Notes: generated by a model from the letters alone, not told the origin. DNA of 64,000 nucleotides from an uncultured delta proteobacterium (GCA_963745035.1 CAVUVW010000013.1:960001-1024000); one strand, 5' to 3'; numbered from the stretch's first letter, positions 20,333 through 29,398 are shown. Numbers and translations are program-made.

Positions 20333-20668
20333 TTAACGGAGAAAACGCATCCTGGGCAGATTGGGACGGGAGCTGTATGGAACGGTTACATGTGGCAAAA
20401 CGGAGAGCTTTTCCAAGTAGATAGTTCCGCTCCGGCACCTCACGTACACCGCCTGGCAGGTTGCACACACAAGCGCACTTTCAAGCGCTCTTTTCCGGAG
20501 AAATATGAGTGCTCCTTGGGTGTGGCTGGAAAGTCGAGAATATTCCGATCTTTCAAGCGGCCTTTGGATTCCGTCTTTACAATTGCTCGGGCATCTACTT
20601 TTCATATCGGCCTTCAGTTTTTGTACGTTCGTACTTTCTCCGCAATCGCGGGGGCAATCCTTTCTCAT
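20333..20668 (-). CDS. Cys-rich hypothetical protein between 16-bp direct repeats
   Basis: CxxxC..CxxxC..CxxC pattern; AT-rich block. The overlapping + ORF 20324..20713 is an alternative reading. Confidence 0.35.
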   Translation of the reverse strand: MRKDCPRDCGESTNVQKLKADMKSRCPSNCKDGIQRPLERSEYSRLSSHTQGALIFLRKRALESALVCATCQAVYVRCRSGTIYLEKLSVLPHVTVPYSSRPNLPRMRFLR

Positions 20669-20709
20669 AAAGCCGGTGACGAATCAAGCCCACGTTGGAG
20701 CACACACGA

Positions 20710-21063
20710 ATGACCGCGTTAACGCAGCCGGTTGACGAGACCGGCCCTGTCACAGGCGCAAAGCGCACAGAAGGCGTCAATCTAGTCGTTACGACTAGCA
20801 GGGAGCATTTTGAGCAATGTGCTAACCCGTTTTGCAGGACCGCTATCCACTCCCTGAACTCGGGACGCTGGCGACGGACCCGGCGGCGCTTCTGTTCTGA
20901 CATCTGCAAGTATGACTTTCACGCGTTGAAGCGCATCAAGCCGTTACTCGCCAAGGTTGGCGTGATCCGGTTTCACGAACTGCTGGACGAATTTGGGAAG
21001 GCCACGGCGTCACGGCGCTCAGAGCACGGAGAACCGCCAAGAATCAACGCACAACGCCGATGA
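20710..21063 (+). CDS. Putative zinc-finger protein
   Basis: CANPFC...RRFCSDIC treble-clef-like pattern; GGAG RBS before ATG 20710. Confidence 0.55.
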   Translation: MTALTQPVDETGPVTGAKRTEGVNLVVTTSREHFEQCANPFCRTAIHSLNSGRWRRTRRRFCSDICKYDFHALKRIKPLLAKVGVIRFHELLDEFGKATASRRSEHGEPPRINAQRR

Positions 21064-21081
21064 AGGGGTTAGGTCCGGTCA

Positions 21082-21252
21082 ATGACGTTTATCCGCCCCA
21101 CGCTGGAAGATGGCCGACATGTGCTTATCCGGGCTGATCTTATCCAGCAGGTAAGGCAACGCGAGACCGGCGCCGAGATATGGCTACCCACCGCCGTTGT
21201 GGCCGTAGTCGACACCATCGACCAAATACAGGCCATGCTGAGGGACTTATGA
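21082..21252 (+). CDS. Small phage-type hypothetical protein (56 aa)
   Basis: Manual translation MTFIRPTLEDGRHVLIRADLIQQVRQRETGAEIWLPTAVVAVVDTIDQIQAMLRDL. Confidence 0.5.
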   Translation: MTFIRPTLEDGRHVLIRADLIQQVRQRETGAEIWLPTAVVAVVDTIDQIQAMLRDL

Positions 21253-21333
21253 CCGACGCCAACGTCAAGCGCCTGTTTCCCCGCTCAGCGGTTGGCCAGC
21301 ATCAAGGCGCGCGCAGAGAAAAAAGGCATCCCG

Positions 21334-21540
21334 CTATGAGCGAATCAGCAACCAAAGAAGATGCAAAAATCCACGTCCCCAAGTGCCGTTTGGACTTACC
21401 CAATAGCGGGAGTTGCAATCACGGCAGGCAATTAGCTGTGCATTTATGAGGCTGCTCAACAAGAGTTCCCAGCGGCTGCGATGAGAGCGCTCGAAGCTAT
21501 GACTGCGGCAATGCGGGCATGAATACAACACAGTGACCAC
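21334..21540 (-). CDS. Small zinc-ribbon protein
   Basis: CPHC...SHRSRWE...CRDC.SRYW. Confidence 0.5.
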   Translation of the reverse strand: MVTVLYSCPHCRSHSFERSHRSRWELLLSSLINAQLIACRDCNSRYWVSPNGTWGRGFLHLLWLLIRS

Positions 21541-21560
21541 CGATTATCACACAGGATCCA

Positions 21561-23038
21561 ATGGCCATGACCAAACTGATTAACCCTATCACCTTCATCG
21601 ACAAGCTGGTTAAGAAAAACGAGCTTGGCCAGCCCTTCACGCTCAGCGATCACCAGCGGGAAATCCTGCGACTTGCCTTCGCCTTCGGTCCAGATGGCCA
21701 CCTTCAATACGACACGGTCGTTTACAGCTGCCCCAAGAAGAGCGGCAAAACCCTCGTGAACGCCGCGGTAACGCTCGCCTGGGCCTTCACTCAGGAAGCG
21801 CCGAACGAAATACTAATCCTCGCCAATGACATGGAGCAGTCCTTGGCGCGCGTCTTCCGCACTATGGAAGGCATCATCCAGCACAACCCCGAGCTACGGC
21901 GGGAAGCCGAAGTACAGGCCAAAACGATCTATCTCGCCAACGGCACGATCTTGACGGCCATTAGCGGCGATTACCAGGGCGCCGCGGGCAGCAATCACGG
22001 CTTTGTGAGCTATGACGAGCTTTGGGGTTACACGTCTGAAGCATCCATCCGGCTATGGGAAGAGTTAACGCCGGTTCCCACACGCAAAAACTCTATCCGG
22101 TTCATCACGACCTATGCCGGTTTTGAAGGCGAGTCGAAATTGCTTTGGGACCTATACCGCCAGGTGATGAGCCTCGATGAGCACCCGGAGGGACAAGGCG
22201 AGCGCCTTCACCCCGATTTGCCGATCTTCGGTAACCGCGAAGCCCGGATCTTCGCCTACTGGGACCATGAACCGCGCATGCCGTGGCAGACAGAGGCTTA
22301 CTACGCGAGCCAGAAACGCGTTCTCCGCCCCGGTACGTATCTCCGCCTGCACGAAAACAAGTGGGCGAGCGCGGAAGAGATTTTTATTTCCGGCAATCTT
22401 TGGGACCCATGCATCGTCCGCACTCCGCTGCCGGCCTTTACGGGCCCTGTGCAGCAGATTGTGGCCGACCCCTATCAGCTGCACAGATCGATCACGACGC
22501 TCAAGAACGCCAGCATTCCGATCAAGGAATTTCCCCAGACGCAAGCGAACTGCACGCTCATGGGGCAAACCCTCTTCGACCTGCTCAACGCAATCTGGTG
22601 ATGTATCCGGCCGATGATCTACGGAGCCAGGCGCTAAGCACCATTGCCGTCGAGCATCCCCGCGGCTGGAGAATCGCGAAGGAAAAGGCATCGAAGAAGA
22701 TCGACGCCATTGTCGCCTTGGCCATGGCGTGCTGTGCCGCAATCGAGCGCGGCAAGACACCCGGGCTTTTCGTCGGTGTGGATGCCGGCATCAAGCATGA
22801 CTGCGCGGCCGTGGTTGCCGTGGCGTGGGGCAAAGAGGCGGACAAATTGTATTTGGTGAGTCATAAAATCTGGAAGCCCACGCCGGAGAACCCGCTGGAT
22901 ATTGAGAACACAATTGAGTGGTATCTCCGCCAGCTCTACACCCAACACCATCACGGGCTCACGGGTGTCGGGAAAGTCCAAACCGACTACGACCCGTTTG
23001 AAAGAGCGAAGGAGCAAGAGCGGAGGCTCGATGGCTGA
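21561..23038 (+). CDS. Terminase large subunit (1-nt frameshift near 22590; permuted nuclease domain)
   Basis: Walker A CPKKSGKT, Walker B SYDELWG, ITTYAG coupling motif, RLHENKW; nuclease motifs DPYQL, KIDAIVALAMA and LFVGVDAG. Confidence 0.88.
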
Positions 23039-23222
23039 GTGCCAAGCCGAGAAGTGCCCGATGGGCAGAGTAGCTAACCGCCACGATGGGATGGACCCGT
23101 ACTGCTTTTGGGTGTGCGGTTTACGGCCGCCTGAGCCAGCCAAAATCGTGGCCATTACCGAAGGGGTGCGGGAATCGGAAAACGTTGCTAGCGAATACGA
23201 CCCGTATCGCGAAAGGTGGTGA
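23031..23222 (+). CDS. Small Cys-containing hypothetical protein (63 aa)
   Basis: GGAGG RBS; overlaps the TerL stop; MAECQAEKCPMG...SEYDPYRERW. Confidence 0.5.
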   Translation: MAECQAEKCPMGRVANRHDGMDPYCFWVCGLRPPEPAKIVAITEGVRESENVASEYDPYRERW

Positions 23223-23283
23223 GAGCATAGCTAAGTATCAAACCGAAGTGACCGCCTATTAACCCACAACCAAAGAGGGAAAA

Positions 23284-23721
23284 ATGATCTTCGACAAACA
23301 AAATAGCTTCGATGAAAACGCGGCAATCACCGTGACGCGGGACTCGACCAACATTATTGACCTCGGTGTGGCCACACCGAATATTGCCGGGAGCGTGGTC
23401 GGGACACTAGATATAGCGATCATCGTGACAGAGACCTTCACCGCCGATGGTGCGGCAACGCTCCAGATATGCTCAGCGACGGCCGATAATGAGTCTCTGG
23501 ATACGCCGACGCTTCTGGATCGGGTGACGTTGGCTCTCGCGGATTTAGCCGTAGGCCGTCCTCCAATCGTCCTTCAACTTCCGCAAGCGACGATCCAGCG
23601 CTATCTCGGCCTTATCTACACCGTCGCCACCGGTCCGATGACCGCCGGAAAGATCACGGCCAGGATCGCGGCTGATGTGCAGTTGAGCCACGCGTACCCA
23701 AAAAACTTCGTGGCTGTCTGA
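23284..23721 (+). CDS. Bbp16-like capsid cement/decoration protein
   Basis: MIFDKQNSF..AAIT...STNIIDLG, V.E.F..GAATLQ, RYLGLIYTVATGPMTAGKITA, a pattern recalled for Bordetella phage BPP-1 Bbp16 homologues; GAGGG RBS. Confidence 0.8.
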   Translation: MIFDKQNSFDENAAITVTRDSTNIIDLGVATPNIAGSVVGTLDIAIIVTETFTADGAATLQICSATADNESLDTPTLLDRVTLALADLAVGRPPIVLQLPQATIQRYLGLIYTVATGPMTAGKITARIAADVQLSHAYPKNFVAV

Positions 23722-23762
23722 GGTTCTACTAACCTACAAACTCAAAGAAGGAGAAAACGACC

Positions 23763-23975
23763 ATGGATCAATCAGAAATCTACCGCGAGCAGCGCAAGCG
23801 CGACGATGAAATTCTTGCGGGCGTGCAGCCGCGAATGAAGGCACCGGCGGGTTGCAAGCACCCTGAAGATTGTCAGCTGGCGAAATTGCGAAACCAGTGC
23901 GGCGCCAGCTTTCCGTCATTCTGTTACTCGAATTGCCAGCTGCCGGGCGCGATCAACGATCCGGCGAGGAAGTAG
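23763..23975 (+). CDS. Small Cys-rich hypothetical protein
   Basis: AAGGAG RBS; C-x4-C...C...C-x3-C pattern. Confidence 0.55.
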   Translation: MDQSEIYREQRKRDDEILAGVQPRMKAPAGCKHPEDCQLAKLRNQCGASFPSFCYSNCQLPGAINDPARK

Positions 23976-23981
23976 GCTACC

Positions 23982-24614
23982 ATGGAAACACCAGAACGAA
24001 GCATCGCGGATATACTGTATCCGTCGCAGAATCAGGATCGGCCGGCAGCTCAGCCAGGTGCAGCAGAGCGCACGGTTGCGGAAGTGCTGTACGGGAAGGA
24101 ACCCGCCAAGGAACCCGCGAAGGAAGCGCCAAAGGCCGAGCAGCCCAAGAGCGACAAGGCAGACGGCAAAAATTACCTTGACAAACTGGCCGAGGATGCG
24201 GTCGCCGCGGATCGCTACGATTTGAAGCTTCCCGATGGGGTCCTTGTCGACGAGCCGTTGATGCGTGATTTTAACAAGCTTGCGCGCGAGCACGGGTTCA
24301 ACAACGACCAGGCGCAGCGCTGGGCGGACTTGCACCTTCGCGCCATTGGAGACGTGCACCGGCAGGTCGCCGAATACGAACAGGTCAGCGAGGACCGTTA
24401 CACCGAGGTCAAAGGCTGGGAGACGGAATTTCAAAACGATCCGGAGTTTGGCGGCGCTAATGCCAAGGAGACGATAGCGCAGGCGCGCCAGGCGCTCGAA
24501 TCATTCGGCACACCCGAAGAAGTCGCGCGGCTAACAAAAGAGCTTGAGCGCACCGGGCTCGGCAATCATCCGATTCTCATCAAGGGATTGGCAAAGTTAG
24601 CCCAATATCTTTGA
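23982..24614 (+). CDS. Podovirus (BPP-1/epsilon15-like) scaffold-type head assembly protein
   Basis: Pro/Ala/Glu-rich N-terminus, YDLKLPDG..D, A.E.G...QAQ, W....DPEFGG, FG.PE, TGLGNHP.LIK. Confidence 0.7.
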   Translation: METPERSIADILYPSQNQDRPAAQPGAAERTVAEVLYGKEPAKEPAKEAPKAEQPKSDKADGKNYLDKLAEDAVAADRYDLKLPDGVLVDEPLMRDFNKLAREHGFNNDQAQRWADLHLRAIGDVHRQVAEYEQVSEDRYTEVKGWETEFQNDPEFGGANAKETIAQARQALESFGTPEEVARLTKELERTGLGNHPILIKGLAKLAQYL

Positions 24615-24652
24615 GAGCATCGGCGACGGCCGCATCCGTCACGGCGGGCCGC

Positions 24653-24750
24653 CTGACTTTGAGACCTTGAAAAACCTGCCGCCGATAACGACCAAATCGG
24701 ATTTTGACTGTCGGGCGGCACCGTGGGGAAATTGGGACCCGCGGCGCCGG
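24653..24750. repeat. Diverged ~98-bp direct repeat, copy 1
   Basis: 48 of the first 56 nt identical to the copy at 25554 by manual alignment. Confidence 0.8.
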
Positions 24751-24837
24751 GTATGGTGCGATGCTGGTGGAGGCTAGGAGAGATGGCGCCTGGCGGGTGA
24801 ACTAGCACTTCGCCCTGAGTGGAGAGTCGCAACGACC

Positions 24838-25167
24838 CTACGCCCTCAACGCAGCTCGACAAATAGCCAACGGGACAGTGGAGGCCTCGGCCCTTATTTT
24901 TTTACCAAACGCGCAGTAAAAACCGCCATCGGGCAGACGGCGCAACTCAAAGCATAAAGTGCCCTGCAATCTGTCCACTACCTCCCAGGCGACAGCGATG
25001 TCGGTGGAAGGGCAAAACTCAGACTTACGGCGATACCCACTGTCAGTAGCCCACGGAATTATGCCGTCAATCCATGTACCCGTAGCATTTCGCCACCCCA
25101 TCACTTTTCCGGCAATCAACGCATCTAGTTTTCGCCCGGCTCTCATTTCATCAGTATCCATGTCCAT
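24838..25167 (-). CDS. Phage ABA-sandwich/BC1872-like protein
   Basis: AGRKLDALIA.KVMGW, FCPSTDIAVAWEVVDRL, TVPLAICRAAL. Confidence 0.75.
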   Translation of the reverse strand: MDMDTDEMRAGRKLDALIAGKVMGWRNATGTWIDGIIPWATDSGYRRKSEFCPSTDIAVAWEVVDRLQGTLCFELRRLPDGGFYCAFGKKIRAEASTVPLAICRAALRA

Positions 25168-25351
25168 GCGTCTCCAAATTCTGGCTCCTACACCCAAACG
25201 CAAACCCGTGCGGCTTCACGCTTCGACGTGGTCCAGCTCTGGATGACCAATACGTCCCAGACCAGGGCACCGTGCAAAAGATGTGGTGAGGAATTATGAC
25301 TGTACCATGCCCGAAGAAGAAACAGTACCTTCCGTGATTTTTGGTAGTGTC

Positions 25352-25468
25352 TCAAAACGCCAGCGGTGCCGAGTCCAGGGCGGCCAGGACGCTCATCGCA
25401 ATCGTTGTTGAATAAAAACAGAGCAAAAATGTAAGGCTGGCTAGGACAGCTTTGCAGAAGGTTTTCAT
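25352..25468 (-). CDS. 38-aa hydrophobic peptide
   Basis: GGGAGG RBS; MKTFCKAVLASLTFLLCFYSTTIAMSVLAALDSAPLAF. Confidence 0.45.
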   Translation of the reverse strand: MKTFCKAVLASLTFLLCFYSTTIAMSVLAALDSAPLAF

Positions 25469-25553
25469 GGTGCGCCCTCCCCGTTGTCGGTAACTGGAAG
25501 CGGCGCTGCTATACTCTCATTCGGGATTCAGGGCAAACACCATTTTAGGCCCT

Positions 25554-25651
25554 CTGACTTTGAGAGGTTAAAAAACCTGTCTCCGATAACGACCAACCAG
25601 GATTTTGACGTGCGCCGATTGGCCGGGACGTGGGGAGATCCGCGGCGGCGG
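25554..25651. repeat. Diverged ~98-bp direct repeat, copy 2
   Basis: CTGACTTTGAGA..AAAAACCTG..CCGATAACGACCAA..GGATTTTGAC shared with the copy at 24653. Confidence 0.8.
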
Positions 25652-25678
25652 TGATGCAGAAACCGACCACGCTTAGCA

Positions 25679-25969
25679 CTAAAGCTCCAGGCCGCCAATG
25701 TCTTCGATGGACCGTCCAACGTGGGATTTCAAGAATACTGAGAAACGATGACAGAAGCGGGAGTTGTCAAAAATCAACCTGCCGAGATACGGAAGATCGT
25801 TGCTTGTAATGTAAATATAGAGGGCACGGGCTGACTTCGGGTCGTTGGCAACGTGTGTTAGAACCCCGATTTCGCCGGTCAGAGTTGTCTCGCCATATCT
25901 TTCCTTCCAGGCTGGCGGCCAAATTCGCCCCTTGGTGTTGCTCATTAGCGGATGATGCCGAACTTTCAT
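25679..25969 (-). CDS. Hypothetical protein
   Basis: Globular-looking 96 aa (HPLM..WPP.W..GEIGVL..Y.G.L.FD..FC). Confidence 0.65.
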   Translation of the reverse strand: MKVRHHPLMSNTKGRIWPPAWKERYGETTLTGEIGVLTHVANDPKSARALYIYITSNDLPYLGRLIFDNSRFCHRFSVFLKSHVGRSIEDIGGLEL

Positions 25970-26116
25970 TGAGAAACCCTTATCACGTCGGTTCGCTGGC
26001 GTATATCTCTCTCATCTGCGCTAACAAATGTTTTTCGGCTGACGATGGGCATCCGATAAAGTACGAAATTACACTGGGTCTATTTTGAAAAAAGCTTGAC
26101 TCAAGGGGATTCGGTT

Positions 26117-26290
26117 TTAAGTGAAACCGGTGATGTGATGCCAAGGCACGGTTTCACCGTCTGGCTTATTCTGGCAGTGTGGGCAAGCTGCTTCTCTGGC
26201 GTATTGGATGATTCTTTCGCCGGGCTTCAATTCAACCTCGAAAGTCTCCCGGCACTTCTGGCATCTCAATGTCCATATCCCCCGGTCCAT
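26117..26290 (-). CDS. Small zinc-ribbon protein
   Basis: GGAGG RBS; CQKC...CPHC. Confidence 0.6.
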   Translation of the reverse strand: MDRGIWTLRCQKCRETFEVELKPGERIIQYAREAACPHCQNKPDGETVPWHHITGFT

Positions 26291-26395
26291 AGCTTTATTG
26301 TCCCCTCCGCGCGTAAGAGCCGTCGAGTACGCAAGAATCCGAAGCAAGTGTCAACGGGAACTTTGCAATGTCCGTAAGACGACAAATAAAGTCGT

Positions 26396-26548
26396 CTATC
26401 TTTTACCCTCTCGCGATTTTTGTTTGCTGACTTTTTCGAGAGCCTTCTGGATTTCGAGGATTAGTTTTTCCTGTTTCTCTGAAAGCTTTTTGGACTGCTC
26501 TAACAGCCTGCGACTACTTTCTAACAGCTGCTCTACTTCCTTCGGCAT
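26396..26548 (-). CDS. Small coiled-coil protein (50 aa)
   Basis: Manual translation MPKEVEQLLESSRRLLEQSKKLSEKQEKLILEIQKALEKVSKQKSREGKR. Confidence 0.5.
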   Translation of the reverse strand: MPKEVEQLLESSRRLLEQSKKLSEKQEKLILEIQKALEKVSKQKSREGKR

Positions 26549-26762
26549 TCGGACATGATACTATCTCGGGTTTGGTCAGCCAAGTATGTTGTTAGAAGAA
26601 TGCACGAGACTAGAAGTCGAGATGTTCCGAGAAAACAAATAGAACTGCACCACTACTTCTTCTCCCCCGCAAGAAGCGCCGGACCCTTTCGAGCCCGGCC
26701 CCCTTATGCAAAACCAGTTAAACTTGCGCCGCGGTTCTCTTCCCGTGTAAGAAATATTCCCG

Positions 26763-27479
26763 ATGTACGGGCACGAAACATCCATAGAGCGGCGCTACAA
26801 AGGCTTTCGCATCTACGGCGACGCGCGTAGCGTGCACAATGAGTCGCCGCGATGGTTCGCGGTCGGCCAAGTTTTTGTCGACATGCCGAACGGCTCGCTC
26901 TATGGCGTCGAAAACTTCTCGGACCCATCTTTGGCCTATGAGGACGAGGAGCTGGCGGCGTGGTTTGGCCTAGGCCTGGCGGAAATCGTGGTGGATCACC
27001 TGGTGCCGCCAGCGGAGTACTACTTGACGCCGATGAATCCGGCATGGGCGGTGGATCTGCTGCGCCGCGGGGCGCGGGACGTGGGCAAGCTCCAGTTGGT
27101 GAAACTTTACGAGGGGATGAAGTATCTGGAAAAGTCGCTCGACGAAAGCCGTGGCTGGTGCGCCGCTATCGCCGCACGCTGGAGGGCGACACCCGCAACG
27201 AGAGCGACGAAAAACGGAATCGCCGTCGGCTCGGCCTCATGGCGCGGGAGATTGAGCGCGTTTGCGTGGAAAAAATCGTCGGCGGAAATGAACGAATCGG
27301 CGCGCCGCTACCGCGAGAACAAGCGCAAAATCGACTGGCTCCGGCGCGTGCTGGAGCTGGTGCGCGCGCCAGTGAGTCATTCGCGCACTACCCGGTGCGC
27401 TTCTTTATCCTCTCGCAAACCTGCAAAGCTTGAATGCCTGAGATGGCCGTCGGGCGTCCACTCGGTAAACTCGATCTGA
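26763..27479 (+). CDS. Hypothetical protein, probably frameshifted near 27150-27290
   Basis: Protein-like N-terminal ~130 aa; the coding-like frame switches to ORF 26960..27433 (KPWLVRRYRR...) and back. Confidence 0.5.
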   Translation: MYGHETSIERRYKGFRIYGDARSVHNESPRWFAVGQVFVDMPNGSLYGVENFSDPSLAYEDEELAAWFGLGLAEIVVDHLVPPAEYYLTPMNPAWAVDLLRRGARDVGKLQLVKLYEGMKYLEKSLDESRGWCAAIAARWRATPATRATKNGIAVGSASWRGRLSAFAWKKSSAEMNESARRYRENKRKIDWLRRVLELVRAPVSHSRTTRCASLSSRKPAKLECLRWPSGVHSVNSI

Positions 27480-27692
27480 GCGACGAGCGCCACCGGTTAA
27501 CGCTCCAGCGGCGCGCCCGCGCTTAGCTCGCCTCCAACTACTACGGAATGGGTTCTTACCTGTGGGTCTGCGATCTGCTCGACGTTGAGCCGTCATGGAT
27601 TCGCCGGCGCATGATCCGAGTGTTGAACACTGGCGAGGTGGGCAAGCAGGGCGACGGCGCATTCAGCGTGGCGCGGCTGGCGGCGATTGTGA

Positions 27693-27968
27693 TCAGAGGC
27701 GGGAACTGCTTTCCATTCTTCGGTCTTCAATGCTTAAACCGTCCGGCCGACAGCGAATTTGAGCGAGAAAATCTGGACGAATCGCGAACATATGTTTGAG
27801 CAAGTCTAATTTCTCGGCTCCACAGAGGATGCGAACAACAACGGCACCATTCTCATCATAAACGACGATGCCGTTTTTCAACAAAGAGTATTGGGGTGAC
27901 CGCCGGGTAAATTTCGCGACGCAACGTAAGTAAATCGCGATGGGAATTTCAACGATAAATTCTTGCAT
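27693..27968 (-). CDS. Hypothetical protein
   Basis: 91-aa ORF, globular composition. Confidence 0.5.
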   Translation of the reverse strand: MQEFIVEIPIAIYLRCVAKFTRRSPQYSLLKNGIVVYDENGAVVVRILCGAEKLDLLKHMFAIRPDFLAQIRCRPDGLSIEDRRMESSSRL

Positions 27969-28262
27969 AACTTATCCCCCCAAAGCGTGCCGTTAATAGC
28001 ACTATACGTAGTAAAGTCCAACCTCTTTTTTAGCGGCGACGTAAAAGATGTGCCTCCTGCACTTCAAGCCGCAGCATACGGCTATCCTTGCGAACTATGC
28101 ACCATTTTTGTGAATTATGCACCATTTTTGCCGATGTGGTCTCTCTTTCAAACAGTTGTTTGTGCTCCAGAAAGTCCTAGAAACTCCTTAATCCTACGCT
28201 TCGAGGTTACGGCAAAATCTTTGCTTTCAACTCTTCTGATCGAGGTTGGTTGATATAACACA

Positions 28263-28622
28263 GTGATCCTACTCGTTGAAGACAATGCGATAAGCAGGCA
28301 TGCGCTTGCTGCGATCCTTGTTAGATGGGGGCACGAGGTTATCCAGGTATCAGACGGCGAGCACGCGATTACCACGCTCGCAGAAGGGCACCCGATCACA
28401 CTAGTGATCACGGATTTGGCAATGCCCAAAATGACGGGTTTCGGTGTGCTCACCCATATCCATCAAAGATGGCCAAACCTTCCGGTAATCTTGACTACGG
28501 GTTACCTCTCGCCCCAAGTGGCAGAGTCAATCCTGAATGAGAATGTTAAATTCCTTTCTAAGCCGATAGACTTGAATGAGCTGCTCACCACTATTGAAGG
28601 ATTCACCGCTCCCAGTGTTTAG
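28263..28622 (+). CDS. Single-domain response regulator
   Basis: ILLVEDN, VITDLAMPKMTG, LTTGY, LSKP. Confidence 0.9.
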   Translation: MILLVEDNAISRHALAAILVRWGHEVIQVSDGEHAITTLAEGHPITLVITDLAMPKMTGFGVLTHIHQRWPNLPVILTTGYLSPQVAESILNENVKFLSKPIDLNELLTTIEGFTAPSV

Positions 28623-28685
28623 CGCAAAGAATGTCTGGGGATGAGCTACGTCTGGTGCTCGTGTTCCCCAGCGGCTTTTGGACCT

Positions 28686-29102
28686 ATGTCACACGCTAAA
28701 GCCCTACGAGTGATCGGGCAGACACTCGATACTGCCGGGATAACGACGTTCAAGTTGCACAAATGTGCGGAGTTTTACCGCTTATGGACCGCCGAGTATG
28801 TGTTCTGCTTCGCGGCAAATGATATTTGCCGTCTCGATAGCAAGGCGCAAAAGAGACGAAAAAACAATTCAACGCCAATCCGATCAACATTGCTCTCTCA
28901 TCAGCTGCGGGCTTTGGGCGATTATCTTGATAGAAGGGAAGTAACCACGTTTCGCATCGTGTGGACGGCTGATTCTGCTCTTTTAGATTACGAACAACTT
29001 GACGGAGACCGAACAAGTAAGGCTTTTACACCTGAAGAATTGCGACAGCTGGGTCTACACCGAAGTTTGTTCCGCTCCAGCCAGTATCTTCTGCATCCCT
29101 GA
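28686..29102 (+). CDS. Hypothetical protein with internal duplication
   Basis: LRVIGQTLDTAGITTFKL and LRALGDYLDRREVTTFRI. Confidence 0.6.
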   Translation: MSHAKALRVIGQTLDTAGITTFKLHKCAEFYRLWTAEYVFCFAANDICRLDSKAQKRRKNNSTPIRSTLLSHQLRALGDYLDRREVTTFRIVWTADSALLDYEQLDGDRTSKAFTPEELRQLGLHRSLFRSSQYLLHP

Positions 29103-29360
29103 TAGTATTCGCATCGCGGACGACCGGTTGATTTTTTAGCTGCCCAATCACTCTCTGCTTACCTCAAGCTTGAAGACTACGCGGGCCGCTGATAATTGGT
29201 TTTTTTCTTGTTGCCTGCAATACTGCCAGCAGAGACGCCTACCTCATTCAGATCAGGCAGATCGATGAAGCCTATCGAAATCAGGAAATTTCTAAGGCCG
29301 AGTATCTTAGCCTCAAAATGCAAGCGGAGAACGCTTATCTGCAAAGAAAAACAACAATCG

Positions 29361-29389
29361 CAGCGGGGGGCAATCTCTTCCCCTCGCTG
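29361..29389 (-). terminator. GC hairpin downstream of tRNA-Leu
   Basis: CAGCGGGGGG-loop-CCCCTCGCTG followed by a T-rich tract on the minus strand. Confidence 0.45.
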
Positions 29390-29398
29390 ACGAAATCT

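Noticed and set aside
24653-25651. Repeat pair as CRISPR, integron attC or DGR template/variable repeats
   Set aside because: Only two copies, no cas, intI or reverse transcriptase gene, no attC core, and mismatches are not adenine-specific.
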